A program made the translations under genes and the position numbers. A stretch of DNA of 42,322 bases from Armatimonadota bacterium. GTDB lineage: Bacteria; Armatimonadota; Zipacnadia; Zipacnadales; UBA5352. Positions 37,312-42,322 of the stretch are shown here, one piece after another. The notes beneath the pieces are model-generated. The model was given only the letters and a program-made list of their open reading frames with translations. It ran no database searches and was not told where the DNA came from. The stretch's first letter is position 1; each line of letters starts with the position of its first letter. The stretch is taken from positions 1 through 42,322 of the forward strand of contig JAYENL010000003.1 of the NCBI GenBank assembly GCA_034722055.1, given 5' to 3'.

Positions 37312-38283
37312 ATGCCATACGAGACCTTCGACCGCAGCCGACTGCGCCTGAAGTCCCTGTCCGAGCGCGAGCACCGCTACGACCTGTCGCTGTTCCAGGA
37401 CCTGGATGACGCGCCCGAAGAGGTGGAGGACCCCGAGCTTGCGACGCTCGCGGAGCGCATCGTGGCGGCGCGCGAGCGCGGCTCGCAGGTCATCTTCGCC
37501 ATCGGCGCCCACGTCATCCGCCGGGGCGTGGCCCGCTTTCTGAGTGATCTGATGGAGCGCGGCGTCATCACGCATATCGCCGGCAACGGCGCGGTGGCCA
37601 TCCACGACTTCGAGTTCGCGCTCATCGGTGCCACCTGCGAGTCCGTCGCGCAGTACATCAGCACCGGCCAGTTCGGGCTGTGGGAGGAGACCGGGCGTCT
37701 CAATGACATCGCCAGGGTCGCGGCCGAGGAGGGCATCGGCTACGGCGAGGCCATCGGCCGGGAGGTAGCGACCGGCGACTACCCGCACGCGGACATCAGC
37801 CTGCTGGCGGGCGCGTATCGGCTTGGAGTGCCCGCCACCGTCCACGTCAGCATCGGCCAGGACATCCACCACGAGCACCCCAACTGCGACGGCGCGGCCC
37901 TCGGCGCCGCCAGCTACACCGACTTCCTGATCCTCGCGCGCTCCGTCGAGGGCCTGGAGGGCGGCGCCTACCTGACCTTCGGCACGCAGGTCATGGGCCC
38001 GGAGGTCTACCTGAAGGCCCTGGCCATGGCCCGCAACGTGGCGGTGCAGGAGGCTCGGCACATCGCGGACTTCACCACCGCGGTCTTCGACCTCAAGGAG
38101 CTGCCCGATAACTACCACGAGCAGCCCGCGCAGGGCGACCCGAACTACTACTTCCGCCCCTGGAAGACCATCCTGGTGCGCACGGTGGCTGACGGTGGCG
38201 AGAGCTTCTACTTCAACCTCGATCACGCGGTCTCCATACCCAGCCTGTGGCGGCTGATCGTGGATCGGCTGGAGGATGACTGA
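37312..38283 (+). CDS. Deoxyhypusine-synthase-like (GSU2086-like) protein of unknown function
   Basis: GAHVIRRG, IAGNGA..IHDFE, VHVSIGQDIHHEHPNCDGAALG, PEVYLKALAMARN. Confidence 0.65.
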   Translation: MPYETFDRSRLRLKSLSEREHRYDLSLFQDLDDAPEEVEDPELATLAERIVAARERGSQVIFAIGAHVIRRGVARFLSDLMERGVITHIAGNGAVAIHDFEFALIGATCESVAQYISTGQFGLWEETGRLNDIARVAAEEGIGYGEAIGREVATGDYPHADISLLAGAYRLGVPATVHVSIGQDIHHEHPNCDGAALGAASYTDFLILARSVEGLEGGAYLTFGTQVMGPEVYLKALAMARNVAVQEARHIADFTTAVFDLKELPDNYHEQPAQGDPNYYFRPWKTILVRTVADGGESFYFNLDHAVSIPSLWRLIVDRLEDD

Positions 38284-39364
38284 GCAGATGGAGACTGTCG
38301 GGTACGACGCCCTCTCGGTGGATCGCCTGGAGACGATCATCGCGCGCTGGCGGCGATCACGCATCGCCGTCGTGGGCGACTTCTTCCTCGACCGCTACCT
38401 CATCATCGATCCGGAGCTGACCGAGCCATCGCTGGAGACGGGCCTGGATGCCTACCAGGTGGTCGAGAAGCGCCCGCAGCCGGGCGCCGCGGGGACGGTC
38501 GCAGGCAATCTTGTGGGACTTGAGATGCGCGGAGTATTCGCCGTCGGCTTCACGGGTGACGACGGCGAGGGCTTTGAGCTTCGCCAGGCGATGGACGAAC
38601 TGGGTCTCCACAGTGACGGTGTCGTTACGGCTCGTGAGATGATGACGCCGACGTACACCAAGCCGCTGGTGCGGGAGGAGGACGGCTCCCTGCGCGAACT
38701 GAACCGCCTGGACATCCGCAATCGGCGGCCCATCCCGACAGAGATCGAGGACGAGATCATCGAGCGTGTGCGGTGGCTGGCAGGTGAGGCGGCCATCACC
38801 ATCATCTCCGACCAGGAGGATGATCCCGAACTCGGCGTAGTCACGCCGCGCGTCGTTGATGCGCTGGCCGAGATCGGCCAGGAGTACCCCGACGGCATCT
38901 GGGTCGATTCTCGCGGCGACATCTCGCGCTTTCGCAACTGTATCATCAAGCCAAACGCATCCGAGGCCTGTCGCGCGGCCGGGGTGGAGTTGGATGGCGA
39001 GCCGACTCTCGAACAGGCCCGCCAGGCCGGTGAGCGGCTGCTGGAGCAGACGAATTCGTGGACGGTTGTCGTAACGGTCGGCGGGCAGGGCGTGGTGGTC
39101 GTCACTGACGAGGCGCAGCCCTTTCACGTGCCGGCAGTGCGGGTGGAGGGCGAGATCGACATCGTGGGCGCGGGGGACAGCTTCACCGCCGGGATGGCCT
39201 CCACCCTGGCCATCAGGGGGACAAGCCTGGACGAGGCGGCCATCGTGGGCAACCTCGTGGCCTCCATCACCATCCAGCAGATCGGCACCACCGGCACCGC
39301 CTCGCCGGAGCAGGTCCTGCAGCGACTCGAGGACGTTCACGCCGGGCGCATGCCCGGAGCATGA
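38276..39364 (+). CDS. PfkB family carbohydrate kinase (RfaE/HldE kinase-domain-like)
   Basis: VVGDFFLDRY, PGAAGTVA.NL, GFTGDD, KPNASE, DIVGAGDS, GT. Confidence 0.9.
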   Translation: MTEQMETVGYDALSVDRLETIIARWRRSRIAVVGDFFLDRYLIIDPELTEPSLETGLDAYQVVEKRPQPGAAGTVAGNLVGLEMRGVFAVGFTGDDGEGFELRQAMDELGLHSDGVVTAREMMTPTYTKPLVREEDGSLRELNRLDIRNRRPIPTEIEDEIIERVRWLAGEAAITIISDQEDDPELGVVTPRVVDALAEIGQEYPDGIWVDSRGDISRFRNCIIKPNASEACRAAGVELDGEPTLEQARQAGERLLEQTNSWTVVVTVGGQGVVVVTDEAQPFHVPAVRVEGEIDIVGAGDSFTAGMASTLAIRGTSLDEAAIVGNLVASITIQQIGTTGTASPEQVLQRLEDVHAGRMPGA

Positions 39365-39381
39365 CGAGAGGATGAGACCAC

Positions 39382-40161
39382 ATGGCAGTTCAGTTCGGAT
39401 GCTTCACGCGGCCGTGGAGCAACTACTCCTGGGAGGAGTTCCTGGAGGGCACCGCGGCTGCGAACTATGGCCTGGTCGGCACGATGCGGATGGGGAGCGA
39501 GTGGATCATCGGCCCTGACACGCCCGAGGGCGTGGCGAAAGAGCGCCGGGAGGAGGTCGAGGACGCCGGCCTGGCGCCATCGACCTGCCTCATCAGCTTC
39601 CCGCTCGATCAGGGGCAGGACGCCGCCGAGCAGGGCCTGCGCGACTTCATCGACAGCGCCGCCGCCTTCGGTGCACGATACCTGCTGAGCTGCGGCACGG
39701 CCCGCGGCCCCAACGAGGACCTCTACTACGACACCATGGCGGCCTGCTGTGACTATGCGCAGGAGAAGGGCGTCATGCTCGCGCTCAAGCCCCACGGCGG
39801 CATCACCTGCACCGGCGCGGACCTGCTCCACGCCGTGGACCGCATCGACCACGAGAACTTCGGGATCTACTACGACCCGGGCAACATCATGCACTACAAG
39901 GGCCTCGACCCGGTCACCGAGCTGCGGGTGTGCGCCGAGCACGTGGTGGCGATGTGCATCAAGGACAGCCTCGGCGAGCTGGAGGGCGTGAGCATCCTGC
40001 CCGGCACCGGCGTGGTGGACTTCGAGGGCGTCTTCGAGGTGCTCTTCGACGCCGGCTTCGACGGCCACTGCGTGGTGGAGTGCCTGGGCGGGGAGACGCT
40101 CGAGGAGGTCAACGCCAACGCCGCAGAGACGCACAACTACCTGGTGGAGCTGGCGCTGTAG
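39382..40161 (+). CDS. Sugar phosphate isomerase/epimerase (xylose-isomerase-like TIM barrel)
   Basis: LKPHGG, YYDPGN, CIKD, PGTGVVDF, GFDG..VVE. Confidence 0.85.
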   Translation: MAVQFGCFTRPWSNYSWEEFLEGTAAANYGLVGTMRMGSEWIIGPDTPEGVAKERREEVEDAGLAPSTCLISFPLDQGQDAAEQGLRDFIDSAAAFGARYLLSCGTARGPNEDLYYDTMAACCDYAQEKGVMLALKPHGGITCTGADLLHAVDRIDHENFGIYYDPGNIMHYKGLDPVTELRVCAEHVVAMCIKDSLGELEGVSILPGTGVVDFEGVFEVLFDAGFDGHCVVECLGGETLEEVNANAAETHNYLVELAL

Positions 40162-40214
40162 CGTGGTGGGCCGGCCTCGGGCCTCCGGCGCTCGTACGGT
40201 CCCTCCGGGGGCAT

Positions 40215-40760
40215 ACGGCCCCAGGGCGGAAGCCCGCGCTACAGAGTGGAGCGCATCCGTCCGCGTCGTCGTGCATCCGCCGTCCGGAGCGGCCGGGCTT
40301 CAGGCCCCCGGCGACGGCGGTCGGGCTGGAAGCCCGACCTACGCGAAGGATGGAGACGACGACGGCGGGCCGGACGGTGGTCCGGCCCCTCCACGCGAGC
40401 TTGCGCTCGCGTAACGGCAGCCGCTGCCCTCCGGAGCGGCGGGGCTTCAGGCCCGCCGGCCGTTGCCGTGTGTGTCGTCCGTGGTGCGGGGCCCTCGCCC
40501 CCACGCCGTTGCCGTCACGCCGTACGGAGGGGCGGGCTGCCCAGCCCGCCCGGCCGTTTGTCGTGCCGTCTGGAGGGACGCGACCACGGGAGGTGCCATG
40601 CACATTACCCGCCGGGCCGTTGGCGCCGGGCTTCAGGCCCCCGGCGACGGCGGTCGGGCTGGAAGCCCGACCTACGCGAAGGATGGAGACGAGGACGGCG
40701 GGCCGGACGGTGGTCCGGCCCCTCCACGCGAGCTTGCGCTGGCGTAACGACAGCCGCTGC
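40215..40760. repeat. REP mosaic with a ~136-bp direct repeat
   Basis: 40292-40427 is repeated at 40625-40760 (offset 333); each copy has a GTAG REP and a GGAG REP. Confidence 0.92.
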
Positions 40761-40853
40761 GGACCGCCGCCTTCCGGCGTTTCCGCCATGATCGCAAGCT
40801 GAAGGCCCGCTCGGTGGGGCGCTACGAGCACTCGCAGGGGGCGGGGACTACGC

Positions 40854-40882
40854 TTGTCCGGGCCATGACCCTATGCTATACT
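40854..40882 (+). promoter_or_regulatory. Sigma70-type promoter for the phosphofructokinase gene
   Basis: TTGTCC, 17-nt spacer, TATACT, with the extended -10 TG. Confidence 0.7.
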
Positions 40883-40938
40883 TCCGTCGCAGCCGCACGG
40901 AAGATGGAGTCACCAACTCACGCAGGGAGGGCCATGCA

Positions 40939-42171
40939 ATGCCTCTGACCGGTAACGCGATCATCGGCCAGTCCGGTGGTCCTACGATCGTCATCAACGC
41001 CAGCCTGGTCGGCGCCATCCAGGCGGCCTGGGACCTTGACGAGATCGAGCACTTCTACGGCGCGCTCCACGGCATGGATGGCGTGCTCAACGAGGACCTG
41101 TGCGACCTGTTCCGCGAGGACCCCGATCTGGTGGAGGAGATGCGGCTTGTGCCCTCCGCCGGCCTGGGCACCTGTCGGCTCAAGCCCACCGACGAGGACC
41201 TGGAGCGTGCCATGGAGGTCTTCAAGGCCCACAACGTGCGCTACTTCTTCTACACCGGCGGCGATGACTCCCAACTCTGCTGCCACAACGTGTCTGAGCT
41301 GGCCAAGAGCAGCGACTGGGACATGCACATCATCGGCATCCCCAAGACCATCGACAACAACCTCGTGGTCACCGACACCTGCCCAGGCTTCGGCTCCGCT
41401 GCCCGCTACGCCGCCACCTGCTGCCAGTACGTCGGCCGTGACGCCGAGGCCTTCGGCACGCTGGAGGTCGTGGAGGTCATGGGCCGGCACGAGGGCTGGC
41501 TGACCGGCGCCACCGCCGCGGCACGTCCCGAGCCGGATGCGCCGCCGCACCTGGTCTACCTGCCCGAGGTGGAGGTCACTCGCCAGCAGCTCATCGACGA
41601 CGTGCAGAGGAAGTACGATCAATACGGCTACTGCGTGGTCGCGGCGTCTGAGGGCTTCGCCTTCAAGGGCGAGGAGCGGGCGACCACGTCCGACAAGGTG
41701 GACGAGTTCGGTCACTCCCGCCTCGGCGGCGTGGCGCAGTGGCTGGGCGAGGTGCTGGAGGAGGCCATCGGGGTTCGGGCGCGGTACGACAAGCTGGGCA
41801 ATCTGCAGCGATCCTTTGCCGCCACCACCAGCCAGGTGGACCTGGACCAGGCCTATGCGGTCGGGAAGGCTGCGGTGGAGTGGGCCGTTGAGGGGCAGAC
41901 CGACATCATGGTCACCATCGAGCGCGAGAACGACGACCCCTACGAGTGGGAGGTTGGCGCCACCTCGCTGATGAGCGTCGCCGGCGAGTCCAAGGCAGTG
42001 CCGCGGGAGTGGATTAACGAGGAGGGCAACGACATCACCGAGGAGTTCGTGACCTACTGCAGGCCGCTCTTGAGGGGGCGGGCCTGCGAGCTGGACCCGG
42101 GTTTCACCAGCTTCCCGCGCTTCCACAAGCACACCATCGAGAAGAAGTTGGAGCCCTACGAGCGCGAGTAA
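40939..42171 (+). CDS. pfp: 6-phosphofructokinase, probably pyrophosphate-dependent
   Basis: GQSGGPT.VINAS, TGGDDS and PKTIDN (the Asp/Lys pair of PPi-type enzymes), EVMGR, SEG; RBS GGGAGG. Confidence 0.9.
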   Translation: MPLTGNAIIGQSGGPTIVINASLVGAIQAAWDLDEIEHFYGALHGMDGVLNEDLCDLFREDPDLVEEMRLVPSAGLGTCRLKPTDEDLERAMEVFKAHNVRYFFYTGGDDSQLCCHNVSELAKSSDWDMHIIGIPKTIDNNLVVTDTCPGFGSAARYAATCCQYVGRDAEAFGTLEVVEVMGRHEGWLTGATAAARPEPDAPPHLVYLPEVEVTRQQLIDDVQRKYDQYGYCVVAASEGFAFKGEERATTSDKVDEFGHSRLGGVAQWLGEVLEEAIGVRARYDKLGNLQRSFAATTSQVDLDQAYAVGKAAVEWAVEGQTDIMVTIERENDDPYEWEVGATSLMSVAGESKAVPREWINEEGNDITEEFVTYCRPLLRGRACELDPGFTSFPRFHKHTIEKKLEPYERE

Positions 42172-42196
42172 CCTCAGCGGCAGTCGAGGCGAATAC

Positions 42197-42224
42197 GAGC
42201 CGCCGGTGCAACTGCCGGCGGCTC
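42197..42224 (+). terminator. Hairpin after the phosphofructokinase gene
   Basis: GAGCCGCCGG..CCGGCGGCTC 10-bp stem; no U-tract. Confidence 0.5.
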
Positions 42225-42279
42225 ATCCCACGTCGCATTGGATGTGCATGTGAGGCCCCGCGCCCACAAGGCACCATCT

Positions 42280-42302
42280 GTGGCGCAGGCTTCCAGCCTG
42301 CG
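42280..42302 (+). repeat. GTGG-footed REP
   Basis: GTGGCGCAGGCTTCCAGCCTGCG has the same GGCTTCCAGCC core as the GTAG REP. Confidence 0.75.
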
Positions 42303-42322
42303 GTCGTTCGCGTCGTTGGAGG

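Noticed and set aside
39930..40831. ORFs spanning REP clusters (also 19230-19946, 24848-25618, 32516-32983)
   Set aside because: Their translations simply reflect the repeats, with no RBS or coding bias.

Overview
High-GC bacterial chromosomal window with about 37 CDSs, almost all on the + strand. I see no rRNA, tRNA, CRISPR array or intact transposase. The gene mix (DUF6785-like membrane protein, DUF6259-like glycoside hydrolase, ceramidase-like and M55 paralogues) resembles Armatimonadota or PVC-type organisms; this is a low-confidence inference. Most genes are catabolic or housekeeping: GH29 fucosidase, dehydrogenases, class III aminotransferase, M20 and M55 peptidases, a sugar-phosphate operon and a PPi-type phosphofructokinase. 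Five things stand out. (1) A four-gene operon with two paralogous membrane-anchored coiled-coil proteins, PspA/IM30 (ESCRT-III superfamily) and a tandem AAA+ ATPase with a degenerate first module, a candidate bacterial ESCRT-III/ATPase membrane-remodelling system. (2) A foreign-looking Type II restriction-modification pair whose AccI-family nuclease carries an IS630-transposase-like HTH, in a window that appears depleted of GTCGAC. (3) An atypical 3-TM protein plus a 55-aa peptide, apparently driven by a promoter inside the upstream gene. (4) Large intergenic mosaics of GTAG/GTGG/GGAG-footed REP hairpins with nested GGAG mini-hairpins. (5) A ~300-nt highly self-complementary element after the AAA gene. 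All family calls come from motif recognition by eye; no searches were run.
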